NCBI GenBank assembly: GCA_033763735.1
Contig: JANRJY010000006.1
Coordinates: 11,477-75,476, forward strand
Source: Bacteroidota bacterium
GTDB lineage: Bacteria > Bacteroidota > Bacteroidia > Cytophagales > UBA9547
Direction of reading: 5' to 3'
Length of the DNA: 64,000 nt
The number at the start of each line of letters is the position of its first letter. The first letter of the stretch is position 1. The notes under the pieces were generated by a model. It was not told the origin of the DNA. It did no database searches and worked only from the letters and a program-made list of their open reading frames with translations. Shown piece after piece: positions 38,801 through 45,550 of the stretch. The position numbers and the translations under genes were made by a program.

Positions 38801-41800
38801 TTCCTGCTATGTAAGGATTTTGAAGCGAATTTCCAACCCGCTCTTTTATAGTAATTGTAAGCGAATCTGAGATGATTGAAGTAGCGCACTGACTTGAATA
38901 GTTTCGCGTACGCAAGTATATGGTTCCTTTGTCATTAAACGATTTACTGAGACTAACAGTAGACACCCCAGACAAAGTTGTCCAAATATTGAATAGCTTT
39001 TGCTCCCATGTTGTAGTATTAAAAACTGAACTTGTTAATAAAAAATAGCCAACCTCCTTTTGAAACAAGCTATTGCTTCCTGTAAGAGTTCCTTTATCAA
39101 TTGAATTAATCTTGATAGAATCCGTTTTTATGCATTGGTTTTTAAAAGTAGAAACCACATAAATTCCTGGTATTGATACATAAACACTAGGAATTGAACC
39201 TGCACTTGGCAAATTCCACGTATATGTTGCACCAAACAAGGATTTTGTGGTTAATAATAATTTGGCTCCGTTACAAATTGTTTTGTCAGGTCCCAAATTT
39301 GCCTGAACTGTACTTAAATTGATTTGTAAATTAAAAATTCCGGAAAGCGTACTATTGCCTTCAACTACTATAAAATACTTTTGACCAGATTTAAAGTTAT
39401 TATTACCTATAAAAGAACGATTACCACAAGCATCATTATTATACGTTAGTGTATTACCTAAGGAATCTAAAATATGCAAATAAGTATCGAAAGTTGAAGT
39501 ACAAAGAGCAATCGACATTGAATCGAGGCAAGGTGGGGCTCGAAATGTAAAAAACACATCGGGAGAAGGTTGTCCAAATCCGGTGGAAGTAGTGTAATTA
39601 TCAGAGTATAGAAATGTACTGTCTGAAAAAATATATGGAAATCCTGTGATGGTAATTGGTTTATTTTGCGTATTTCCAACTACTCTGTTTTGACGAATTT
39701 TAAAAGTGCCTAATTGCAACCCTGTAGTTGTAAACGCCCCTAAGTTAGTTGACCGAATTTTATAAAAATCACCTATCGGCAAGGTGTCTGGCACCATCCA
39801 ATTGTAGCTACCTGTATTAGGAATATTTTGAGCAAGAGTTTTCCAAGAAGTTCCATTATTATTCGAATATTCCAAATGTATTAAATCGGAAGCATCTAAG
39901 TATTGCGATTGCCATCCAATAGAATAGGACTGATTGGTTTTGATAATTTCATTAGAAGTAGGTCGAGTAATTTGTAAAGCTGGCGTTGCACCTATTGTGA
40001 AGTAATTATTACTATAATCTGATATACAACTATTTAATAAATCGTAGGCTCGAATCAAACATTTGGTTGAAGTACCTGGGGGAACTATATATGAAGCAGA
40101 TCCTGAAAAGGTGCCCGGAAAAGTGATATTGCTCCAACTGATGCCGTCATTTTGAGAGAATTCAAGTCTAAACTGATTTACAAATCCTGTGATTGATGCC
40201 AATACTGTAATTTGATTTCCTGTACCAAATGATTCTCCTCCATTGGGATAAGAAATGGTAATCCCTGATAAAGAAGTTGTTCTTGAGATATTAAATCTTG
40301 GGCTTATAGTACTGACATTTACATTTAAATTATCCGAAATACGAACATTGACATTCGAACTTGAAATATTAGGAACTTGCCATGTGTAATTGGCCAATCC
40401 TACCGAATTAATCAGAAGGTTTTTAATTATAGGGAACCATGTAGCTCCATTATTAAGTGTATAATCTAAGTTGGCTTGATAAGGTGCATTGTCAGCTCTA
40501 GACCAAATGAGGGAATAATTTGTGCAGCCCACTAAATTTGTATTAATCGAAGGGAGCGTCATTACAAAAGGTGTAGCAACAATAAATTTAACACTTTCAG
40601 GATGGCTAAAATATCCCAATTCGTTTCGAACTTGAATGTTTAAAAAATGGCCTCCTACCGATAAAAATGGTGTGGCATTAAATACCGATGCAAAAGAAAC
40701 GCTGTCCGTTGAAGGACTAAAAGCGAATGGGGTTCCTAAAAAAGTACTTGAAAGTAAGTTATCAATTGAATAATACCCTGTTGTAATTTTAGCGATTCCT
40801 AAAGAGGCATCGTTTAGGTTTTGAGGAGCTACATAAAGTGGTCGCACTTCAGGATGGCTCCAAATGCCATTTTTTGAACGAACACGAGTAATGCTTCGGT
40901 GAAAACCTTCAGAAAGTCCAATAAAAGCATTTTGGAATATGTTACTAACCGAATCAGAAGAAGGAGAAAAGGCTACCTTAATTGAAGGTCCAGTAATTAA
41001 ATCATCAAAAAAATATTGAACGGAATCGATTGGAACCATTGCATTGCCAAAATCATATTTAGCCAAATCATTGACAAAAATGGGTCTGTTTTCGGCATGA
41101 CTCCATTGACCATTTGCACTACCAGCACGAACCATCATTGTATGCCACCCTGGTTGCAGACCCGTGGCTGTAATTGCATTAAGAAAGAAAATCGAATCTA
41201 GAGAAGGAATTACTGAAAAGCTTCTTAAGCTGATTCGAGGTATTGTATCTTTGTCAAAATAGCATTCGATTTTGTTGATTGGTGAAGAAGTAGCTGTAGT
41301 AATAAAACCATCGCTACTGATATAAACGGGTCGAGATTCTAAATGGCTCCATACACCATTTTCAGTACCAACTCGTGTAAGAATAGTATGCCAACCAGCT
41401 GGAATACCTGTCCATGTAAATACATTTTGTAAACTAATTGAATCGGATGAGGGGCTAATTGGAAAAGTACCAAAACTTATCCTAGGCAACGTATCTTTAT
41501 CAAAGAAATATTCTAATCGATTGATTTTATCGGGGGTAGCATTTACTATAAATCCATCCGAGCTAAAGTAAAACGGTCGGCAATCAGTTTGGCCCCACAC
41601 ACCCCAAGAATTTTTAAATCTCAAGCAAAATGTATGAAATCCAGGAGTGGTAAGAACCAAACCAGGGAAATTGTTTGCATTTAACAAAATACTGTCAGCA
41701 AAAGGCCCTGCCAAAGGCACAAAAGCAGCGAACCCAACCCCAGGATCATTGTTGTAAAAATATTCGTACCCAATTAATTCTTTCGAAGAAGGTAAAAAAC

Positions 41801-41960
41801 CAAGCCCTGCAGTAGAAACAATATCTTCAACTTGATAAAAAAGAGCAGGAGGTTGTGCAAGCACCTTGTTATATAATGCAAATGCTACCAGTAAAATCCA
41901 AAATTGAATTCTTGTTTTTTTTAAAAAAAACTTCTGAATTGCTGCATTTATATGCTTCAT
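29883..41960 (-). CDS. 4025-aa T9SS cargo, adhesin-like giant (N-terminal 85-aa repeats, Cys-containing beta-sandwich modules, CARDB-like and PKD domains, type-A CTD)
   Basis: Signal peptide ...ILLVAFALYNKVLAQ. Five ~85-aa repeats with ...G(W/F)H....R.....G.WSH.E.RP.Y. CARDB-like units (LPDLKGISL...WSATNIGKGK; LPDVAVSKI...YQLKNIGRKD) at about 36790-37950. PKD-like unit PLADFRVENGCQGTPLLFTNLS...YKWNFG (about 31760-31985). C-terminal IKIYPNPADNYINL...GIYLILIETDGMKKTLKFAINK. No catalytic motif recognised. Confidence 0.8.
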   Translation of the reverse strand: MKHINAAIQKFFLKKTRIQFWILLVAFALYNKVLAQPPALFYQVEDIVSTAGLGFLPSSKELIGYEYFYNNDPGVGFAAFVPLAGPFADSILLNANNFPGLVLTTPGFHTFCLRFKNSWGVWGQTDCRPFYFSSDGFIVNATPDKINRLEYFFDKDTLPRISFGTFPISPSSDSISLQNVFTWTGIPAGWHTILTRVGTENGVWSHLESRPVYISSDGFITTATSSPINKIECYFDKDTIPRISLRSFSVIPSLDSIFFLNAITATGLQPGWHTMMVRAGSANGQWSHAENRPIFVNDLAKYDFGNAMVPIDSVQYFFDDLITGPSIKVAFSPSSDSVSNIFQNAFIGLSEGFHRSITRVRSKNGIWSHPEVRPLYVAPQNLNDASLGIAKITTGYYSIDNLLSSTFLGTPFAFSPSTDSVSFASVFNATPFLSVGGHFLNIQVRNELGYFSHPESVKFIVATPFVMTLPSINTNLVGCTNYSLIWSRADNAPYQANLDYTLNNGATWFPIIKNLLINSVGLANYTWQVPNISSSNVNVRISDNLNVNVSTISPRFNISRTTSLSGITISYPNGGESFGTGNQITVLASITGFVNQFRLEFSQNDGISWSNITFPGTFSGSASYIVPPGTSTKCLIRAYDLLNSCISDYSNNYFTIGATPALQITRPTSNEIIKTNQSYSIGWQSQYLDASDLIHLEYSNNNGTSWKTLAQNIPNTGSYNWMVPDTLPIGDFYKIRSTNLGAFTTTGLQLGTFKIRQNRVVGNTQNKPITITGFPYIFSDSTFLYSDNYTTSTGFGQPSPDVFFTFRAPPCLDSMSIALCTSTFDTYLHILDSLGNTLTYNNDACGNRSFIGNNNFKSGQKYFIVVEGNSTLSGIFNLQINLSTVQANLGPDKTICNGAKLLLTTKSLFGATYTWNLPSAGSIPSVYVSIPGIYVVSTFKNQCIKTDSIKINSIDKGTLTGSNSLFQKEVGYFLLTSSVFNTTTWEQKLFNIWTTLSGVSTVSLSKSFNDKGTIYLRTRNYSSQCATSIISDSLTITIKERVGNSLQNPYIAGTILRDTIWNGNTSLFTNNHILSTLTGNKSPDVYYRFKVSNCTDSIVFNSCNTTWNSKIYLYNGLGGFLKAGNSCGNGSTLSYKGFSPDSSYFIVVDGANADSGSYEIQVKTSSYKVNLGPDNSICSGQSVTLNSYKESGLFAWRLIPNTNVIGTQSQILVSGGGKYAISHSNGFCAVNDTIEVKILNLSLSGLNLISPPNKAYDLNIPLQLSWTPIANVSSYDLRLHNLTDTTLNYSITGITIPNAFLSGVLKYGNSYRWKVIARNQCASIISKTDTFRIRSLPDLKGISLKSNKDTLVAGESAKLYWSATNIGKGKIILSPSNIAIYISNDSVFSSFTDLQIASFSKSITIDSGKVLSDSLVLTIPQNIVGRYYIVVNQTLAEESNFLNNAVISKKILFEPPLLPDVAVSKISCPSDTLTLGNAAGFSYQLKNIGRKDINQIFYDAYYVSTDTVFNPSTDRFISDYIQGKLTYVSPDGISLPNPIFANRMLINDSVSIAQNLNITAPNFTVGNWYYLLIRSDYRNDLGQELNENNNNAVACKFFVQSPKYPDLTGAIQTFTGYSLSGTPIQLSYTLSNLGMFATQKGKPWYDHIYLSKKSTFNADSSILLFQPVYNDTIVNLGTPVSKSAQVYLPNVISGTYYLYLSVNHNRSVLESNYTNNISGPISITITQSTLAGLVPCDNFANACEVNTGNGNYGYETYSMDLFFDQATKETGEQFIDNSLFKSLWYKLYIPTTRWVKIEVPAALNQSHLAGNTNVFVDVFRTPRFSGFLPLRQWPQGDSSDLADFTQFDRYGNTINTCLSEGTYYIRFSSGQIADYLKNIPVKANIVLSTNGEQTRTSLYDRPKDAYVFPSLNLSANRVSFLTGCLSIDSDKELFKKGNITFTGYKQTNWFVFKTGSLTDGIKLYLNSPDVETFDEVGCNIYIGNGTLVSPDNLQLMQNHIFRKNNRYGDTAQSFYLNCVFQPNTFYTVQLFFKNRLNLNFDLSIQDFGKNTSLGHNLTQPVVLGTLPTNNSASGYLTTFRNTFKCESNYMNNPSPCVKNRTLSGQNFYYSNQEFQLSHWYSFRIQKGANLKANIQNAETQVIYARLYKGNSMACITNTSALALIDSFYFNKEPLIDVSCLDSGQYTIQILAKIIPKALDGFSSALGKSYTLNIFTQDARPLNRFNLDDSDKINKINDLIPLSSNQIYTSISDTLGCQPTKLPISNSCRNLPSNAAIYRSFKINTTGLMAIRNDLIPQLPTGDYVQHKLFKGNAALLVSITGSNQKLSFPNDITQGNCIDLSAFWKKYCLDSGAYTILTLGTASQAGLMDKPAIMFNPIRSRFDAPNRAENIGDITSQILNLQSIFSAVDTFSCEISKFRITSDVPCGNVSKMHFREFYINTSIPLTIKNTLDYGSFRLYMGRASTSLVGSDSVSLQKIPLKYSAQASNCVNYWESDLCNNLPAGWYTLVSTFENSSWQTSNNQYQTPDFFKSQIQIQKLVVSAISKYNRPSSAFIKPDTLEWDLNEAISDYQFPVFSKQIALPSDGFTCVDDSLALKNVVTFPGSFNRASFYVFTLGQGKDFLGQHYPSNLSKEYFLSLNIGAGFLASLYLGNVKTDSVTFKTKSPISPCNSYLNYCKLSAGTYTLVVYANNSHIYKTVAPSLYIDKVEKSRYDFFKKAYDFDSIPGNGIQYTKALRDFYLPNPDYPNRAFSNTFFSCTTGAFLSDPLGFVDNGCTDPSLCYCWVDWTTDANRYPVQPNKNQKDNRKNMWYTFRVQGAGQVSVQVFNRSPDYGGLLPAAANDYEKQYNELVDNLYGLQYPFSIYMADEEAEGVKSFDQLLNTSTLDSVTKNGTNNSKGLVFLGNNSRLSPFRGCAKSSPIMSWSIDPCEKQKARRYYVLVENYSGQVNYTNNKPNNLPNSQVEVGVTFAKVPSGGTKNDFYSQALSIKDSITSKTVLKEGIYIGPAATMSCATTDVADQLFCGSRTIWFKFNSNIMGKIRLRYRIIDSTKTTSKTIINENGDIVTVYDYSKIVQTRYKSIDKLNNQYGEEMVLYKSLVAGDSSRKGLRKITLADFSINGDIYGEGCLNKGDYYLVITGCYSTSNQLQPIIELIPDIGDLCSSAYALNVTDKDLLFKSVRPVDCSSWGEDFGEDFSNTACYFDGSLNSYPKSFKNKNEIKSTWFKVSVGDIGPSNLNFKVRFTERNGSRFVYDSLIKYRIFYGTCSAMRGGECSNSPRQEFTLDCRAPNKSYYVQVTTPWWALGDVDLSVRASTPANPLCVPIDYDRPLADFRVENGCQGTPLLFTNLSTQGDSIEYKWNFGHQNAVSSSKSPTYVYPNDNQSTPYDVRLVVKNIAKSLSDTLVKTIYTDFKVPGKVTVTDISPNKNLNQKNVFVIGSTLNFNSNIPSIYDTTSKQVVWDFGTTGNTNQSIQLNPTNVSFSAPDTGFKLVTLKITKGFCTNVVIDSIAISPNYHVSLGSDTSICPQTGYTLDGSSEGLIFEWNGISGNRRYLQPVFSGKYKVKVTNRYGLIRTDSAFIQILDTNKINLGSDKSICTNEITTLDAGTAKKYNWSTGDTIQKIEVSSSGTYVVRAINNLGCVETKRIQVKKLQNPISGLPSDTLICENARVSLDTSNSKNKVLWSNQDTTLFTYPSSSGPLIVEINSPLNCVIKDTINIKLFQYPTSLLPSNHYACKDEEAKISGPSGFSKYLWNTNDTVKNISTTVLGLLQLDVIDSIGCKATFKTNVAKASYPNIKIDTLNGFLYLSHTTINHTWSVNSPSSSIPISKLGIYSVSGYTQGNCRFEDQINLLPKPYNLRQECVIDSNFAIWTLFQSTNIPNIYFWKLRNSGSEGSFIPTKDSTSFSTPFVRNEILDVSFQKQTLVSDSISLLKCEEENDCSHIKIYPNPADNYINLVVGKGNNSNLKSCPTINYSIYDNQSKLIDQKERIETQKPYEINLKKMTSGIYLILIETDGMKKTLKFAINK
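40535..41770 (-). repeat. Five in-frame ~85-aa N-terminal repeats of the 4025-aa protein
   Basis: Units start YFYNNDPG / YFFDKDTLP / CYFDKDTIP / YFFDDLITG / YSIDNLLSS. Approximate limits. Confidence 0.7.
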
Positions 41961-41975
41961 AGTTACAATTCAGAA

Positions 41976-43052
41976 CTACTTCTTGTTTTTAGCCTTTACT
42001 GAAAAGTTAATTGGGTCTCCTGGTGAACCAAAATTAATGACAGGAGTTGCATTAAATGAAGTAATTTGAGGTATAAAAGGTGTGCCGTTAATATTAAAAA
42101 GTCCTTTGATTAACCCAATATCTTTTCCATCCGTACCAGCATTTATGCCTACACTTCCAGGTGTTAAGAAAAAACTTCGATCGTAATAGTTTAGTATATA
42201 TTCATAAAACCCCCAGTAATATGAATTTGGTTGATTATGCATTGATTGGATAAAGGAATAACCTGTAAATGAAGGCAACGTTGTTATAGTATTTTGAAAG
42301 GTGTTTCCTGCAACGGTATGTGAATTATCCATAATAAGGTTATTATAAAATATATTTGATGATGAATTTCCATCATACACATAAGTTCTATAAAAGATAT
42401 TGTTTGCAATTGTTGCTTTATCAACATCTTGTAACCTCCTCGTACTAATTTGATAATCATTTCCCAAAAACAGATTATTTGTAATAATTACCGTTGGATC
42501 ATTGCTACTATTTATGTAACTATTTGAGTTAACATCAAATAAATTATTTCTAATTATTATATTTTTCGAAGAAGATCCATTTAATGCAATTCTCCCGTTT
42601 TTGAAGAGACACCCTTCAATTATCCAGTTTGTTTTAACATTTCCCCCAGAATATTGAAAATTAATTGTTCCGTCATATATCATGCATCTCGATACAACTA
42701 TATTATTGGCGTCATTCACAAAAAAATTATTTACTCTCAACCCAAAGAACTTGGATCCATTGCATCCAGTTCTTAAATCGAATGACTCAATATCCGATAC
42801 ATTTTGATTTTGCTCATTAATTGACTTGTGACCGGAACCTATAAAAATGAGTGCTTTGGTAACTATAGTATTTCCACCATACCTTGTAGGGCTTTTCAAA
42901 ATATAAATGGTATCTCCATTAGTTGCTGCTGCCATTGCAGATTGTATATTATCATATTTTGCTGGTGTATTACTATCGTTTGATACTGTTCTTATTACTG
43001 CATTTACAGATAATGACAATAAGAATATGTTTGAAAATATAAATTTAATCAT
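41976..43052 (-). CDS. Secreted right-handed parallel beta-helix repeat protein (first gene of the island operon)
   Basis: Signal peptide MIKFIFSNIFLLSLSVNA. Repeated short N-rich turns (IIIRNNLF, VIITNNLFLGN, ATIANNIFY, NIFYNNLIMDN) are typical of pectate-lyase-fold / NosD-like beta-helices. Confidence 0.6.
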   Translation of the reverse strand: MIKFIFSNIFLLSLSVNAVIRTVSNDSNTPAKYDNIQSAMAAATNGDTIYILKSPTRYGGNTIVTKALIFIGSGHKSINEQNQNVSDIESFDLRTGCNGSKFFGLRVNNFFVNDANNIVVSRCMIYDGTINFQYSGGNVKTNWIIEGCLFKNGRIALNGSSSKNIIIRNNLFDVNSNSYINSSNDPTVIITNNLFLGNDYQISTRRLQDVDKATIANNIFYRTYVYDGNSSSNIFYNNLIMDNSHTVAGNTFQNTITTLPSFTGYSFIQSMHNQPNSYYWGFYEYILNYYDRSFFLTPGSVGINAGTDGKDIGLIKGLFNINGTPFIPQITSFNATPVINFGSPGDPINFSVKAKNKK

Positions 43053-43076
43053 ATTTTAATTTTAGATGGGTTCTAT

Positions 43077-43107
43077 CAAATGTAATAAATTAGATTTTAA
43101 AATACAA
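43077..43107 (-). promoter_or_regulatory. Candidate Bacteroidota sigma-A-type promoter for the island operon
   Basis: The minus strand reads TTG (43107-43105), a 20-nt spacer, then TACATTTG (43084-43077, TAnnTTTG form), 25 nt upstream of the ATG at 43052. This is a pattern match in AT-rich DNA only. Confidence 0.3.
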
Positions 43108-43295
43108 TTATTTGACAAATACATTTAAACAAGCCCCGAATACCTCGTTAATTTTTCATTAATTAATGTAATAAATTTGTGTGCATTAATAAATTAATTC
43201 ACTATTAAAATTTGTATAATTTCTAATTATAAGTTTAAGAATTCATATTAATAAAATATGATTTTGAAAATAACTTTGCGAAAATTACATATTAA

Positions 43296-43496
43296 TTCAA
43301 CTTTCCAAAATCTGATGTTTTGCAATATTTAACCGCTGACGGCACACTGGTGTCAGCACGACCATCCGGAACGGAACCAAAAATCAAATTTTACTTCTCT
43401 GTAAATGCACCTCTACCGTCAAAAGGTGACTTCGATATTGTTGACAAACAATTAGATGGAAAAATTGAATTGATAATCAAGGAATTAGGAATTTAG
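43296..43496 (+). pseudogene. Orphan 3' fragment of a phosphoglucomutase-type gene (candidate attR)
   Basis: In frame it reads [66 protein letters not shown]. There is no start codon and an in-frame TAA at 43293-43295. It is followed by a strong terminator. Confidence 0.9.
43323..43496 (+). repeat. Direct repeat, right copy
   Basis: 169/174 identical to 18841-19014 at a constant offset of 24482 nt. Confidence 0.95.
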
Positions 43497-43517
43497 ATAA
43501 AAAAAACTAAAGGAAAC

Positions 43518-43548
43518 AAAAAAAAGCAGGGAAAACCTGCTTTTTTTG
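43518..43548. terminator. Bidirectional intrinsic terminator
   Basis: A8 GCAGG GAAAA CCTGC T7 (stem 43526-43530 / 43536-43540, extendable through the A/T tracts). It lies between the orphan mutase tail and the convergent gene ending at 43573. Confidence 0.8.
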
Positions 43549-43572
43549 TTTATAAGTGCGAAACTTATATTT

Positions 43573-44601
43573 TTATACCAACAAATCCAACTTCATCAAA
43601 TCCTGTACATCCAGCATCCCACAAACTTCTCCATCTTTTACTACAACTATTGTGTCGATGTGTTCCTTTTTGAAAATAGCAACAGCCTGTTCCAATAGGG
43701 CATCTGCTGAAATTGTAAATGGTGACTTGAATTCGAAATCCGACATTTTTTTATCCAAAATCCATCTGCCACTTGATTTTAATTCTCTACGTATGGTACC
43801 ATCTGTAAATACACCTACTAGTTTGCCTGTTTTTTCTTCAACTACTGATACCGCACCAAATCCAGCTTCAGTCATGATTATAGAAGCATCAAAAACAGTA
43901 TCTGTTGTTTTAACTATTGGATTATCAGAACGAATTATATCAGAAACTTTTTTGGTAATCAATTTGGTATGATCAATAAATTGTTTGGTTCCAACCGATG
44001 TAAAGTTGTTGTCAGTGAGTTTTTTCATAACTGACCAAGGAACGGTTATGGTATGCACCCCCAACTCAATTGCATTACGAACATGCTCCATGTGTCGTAC
44101 CGATGAAAACATTACTTTTGATCTGAATCCATGTTGATTAATCATCTCATTGCATTGTGCTATTAAAGTAAGCGCATCATGACCTTGATCTTGCATACGA
44201 CCTACAAGCACACATATATAGGTGGCCTCCGCAAGTGCTGCCATATATGCTTGTTGAAGCGTGTAAACCAAATGCACATTCACCATAAGTCCTTCACTGG
44301 TAAGCATTTTGCATGCTTTAATGCCTTCCATTGAGACAGGAATTTTGAATACTGTTTTTTTAGGATCAAGACCCATTTTGATTTGTCGCTTTGCTTCTGC
44401 AACAATTTCGTTTGCGTTATCTCCCAATGCTTCAACTTGAAGAATAGGAACCATTTTGGCTAATTTAAGGATAGTTGCATCAATATCTGTAACTCCTTCT
44501 CTATGCAAAAAAGTAGGTGTTGTTGTTAATCCGGCAAGTGTTCCAAGTTTAAATGCTTCTTCAATTTCTTTAAAATCTACTGAATCTAAGTATAATTCCA
44601 T
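43573..44601 (-). CDS. Transaldolase/fructose-6-phosphate-aldolase-like TIM barrel fused to a KdsD/KpsF-type CBS pair
   Basis: The N-terminus MELYLDSVDFKEIEEAFKLGTLAGLTTTPT, Schiff-base Lys context VFKIPVS and VGRMQDQG match the TalC/FSA family pattern. The C-terminus GVFTDGTIRRE ... CGMLDVQDLMK matches the KdsD CBS pair (GIFTDGDLRR ... HMHDLLRA). Starts 13 nt after the kdsA stop. Confidence 0.7.
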   Translation of the reverse strand: MELYLDSVDFKEIEEAFKLGTLAGLTTTPTFLHREGVTDIDATILKLAKMVPILQVEALGDNANEIVAEAKRQIKMGLDPKKTVFKIPVSMEGIKACKMLTSEGLMVNVHLVYTLQQAYMAALAEATYICVLVGRMQDQGHDALTLIAQCNEMINQHGFRSKVMFSSVRHMEHVRNAIELGVHTITVPWSVMKKLTDNNFTSVGTKQFIDHTKLITKKVSDIIRSDNPIVKTTDTVFDASIIMTEAGFGAVSVVEEKTGKLVGVFTDGTIRRELKSSGRWILDKKMSDFEFKSPFTISADALLEQAVAIFKKEHIDTIVVVKDGEVCGMLDVQDLMKLDLLV

Positions 44602-44614
44602 TTTTCTGTTTTTA

Positions 44615-45451
44615 TTAATTTTTACGATAGTTTACTTCAATGTTATGTATTTCAATCAATGGTTTTAAAAATTCTTCTAAATCATTCATATTTAATTGAC
44701 TAGCTGCGTCACAAAGTGCTTTGGCAGGGTCAGGGTGTGTTTCAATAAATATACCATCCACACCCGCTGCTACTCCGGCTTTGGAAATAGCGGGCAAATA
44801 TTGACGTGCGCCCCCATTTGGATCTGAACTTGGTATACCATATTTGCGAATCGCATGGGTAATGTCAAACACTACAGGGTAGCCCGTTTGATTTAAGTGA
44901 TAAAAGCTTCGAGGGTCTACGATTAAATCATTATAACCGAAGGTGTAACCTCTTTCTGTAAGAATCACCTTGTTGTTACCGGCTTCTACACACTTTTCAG
45001 CAGGTTTTAACATATTTTCAGGGGCAAGAAATTGACCATGTTTAATATTCACTACTTTTCCGGTTTTAGCAGCTGCCACTACTAATGTGGTTTGCATACA
45101 CAAATAAGCAGGTATTTGAATTACATCAAGCACTTCTCCCGCAGGTGCAGCCTGATCAGGGTAGTGAATGTCAGAAAGCAAAGGAAACCCGAATTCCTTT
45201 TTTATTTTTTGCAGCATTTTAAGTCCGGCTTCTAACCCGGGTCCATCATAGTATTTGGCTGAACTTCGATTATCTTTTTGAAACGATGACTTATATATCA
45301 TCGGTATTTTTAGTTTTTCAGTAACTTCTTTAAGCTTTTCAGCTGTGCGCATCATAATACTTTCTTCTTCGATTACGCATGGTCCGGAAATCAAAAACAA
45401 TGCATTAGAGCCGCACTTAATGTTTCCTACTTCAACAATATTTTTTTTCAT
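44615..45451 (-). CDS. kdsA: 3-deoxy-8-phosphooctulonate (KDO-8-P) synthase
   Basis: KSSFQKDNRSSAKYYDGPG, QIPAYLCMQT and HPDPAKALCDAASQL are typical KdsA segments; 278 aa. Confidence 0.9.
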   Translation of the reverse strand: MKKNIVEVGNIKCGSNALFLISGPCVIEEESIMMRTAEKLKEVTEKLKIPMIYKSSFQKDNRSSAKYYDGPGLEAGLKMLQKIKKEFGFPLLSDIHYPDQAAPAGEVLDVIQIPAYLCMQTTLVVAAAKTGKVVNIKHGQFLAPENMLKPAEKCVEAGNNKVILTERGYTFGYNDLIVDPRSFYHLNQTGYPVVFDITHAIRKYGIPSSDPNGGARQYLPAISKAGVAAGVDGIFIETHPDPAKALCDAASQLNMNDLEEFLKPLIEIHNIEVNYRKN

Positions 45452-45550
45452 TTAATCTTATTATCTCAAAAATTGGTGTGCAAAGTTATATTTTTATCAT
45501 AGAAATAATAAAAATGTTCCAAATAGATTTGAACAATTAGGTATATTAAT

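Noticed and set aside
19015-43322. Prophage or ICE interpretation of the island
   Set aside because: I recognised no integrase, excisionase, capsid, tail, relaxase or type IV secretion genes. The block is four cargo-type genes only, so I call it an island with duplicated target rather than a phage or ICE.
43556-43972. 138-aa plus-strand ORF
   Set aside because: It lies entirely antisense to the well-supported aldolase-CBS gene (43573-44601). It has a low-complexity S/T/N-rich translation and no motif, so it is most likely a shadow ORF.
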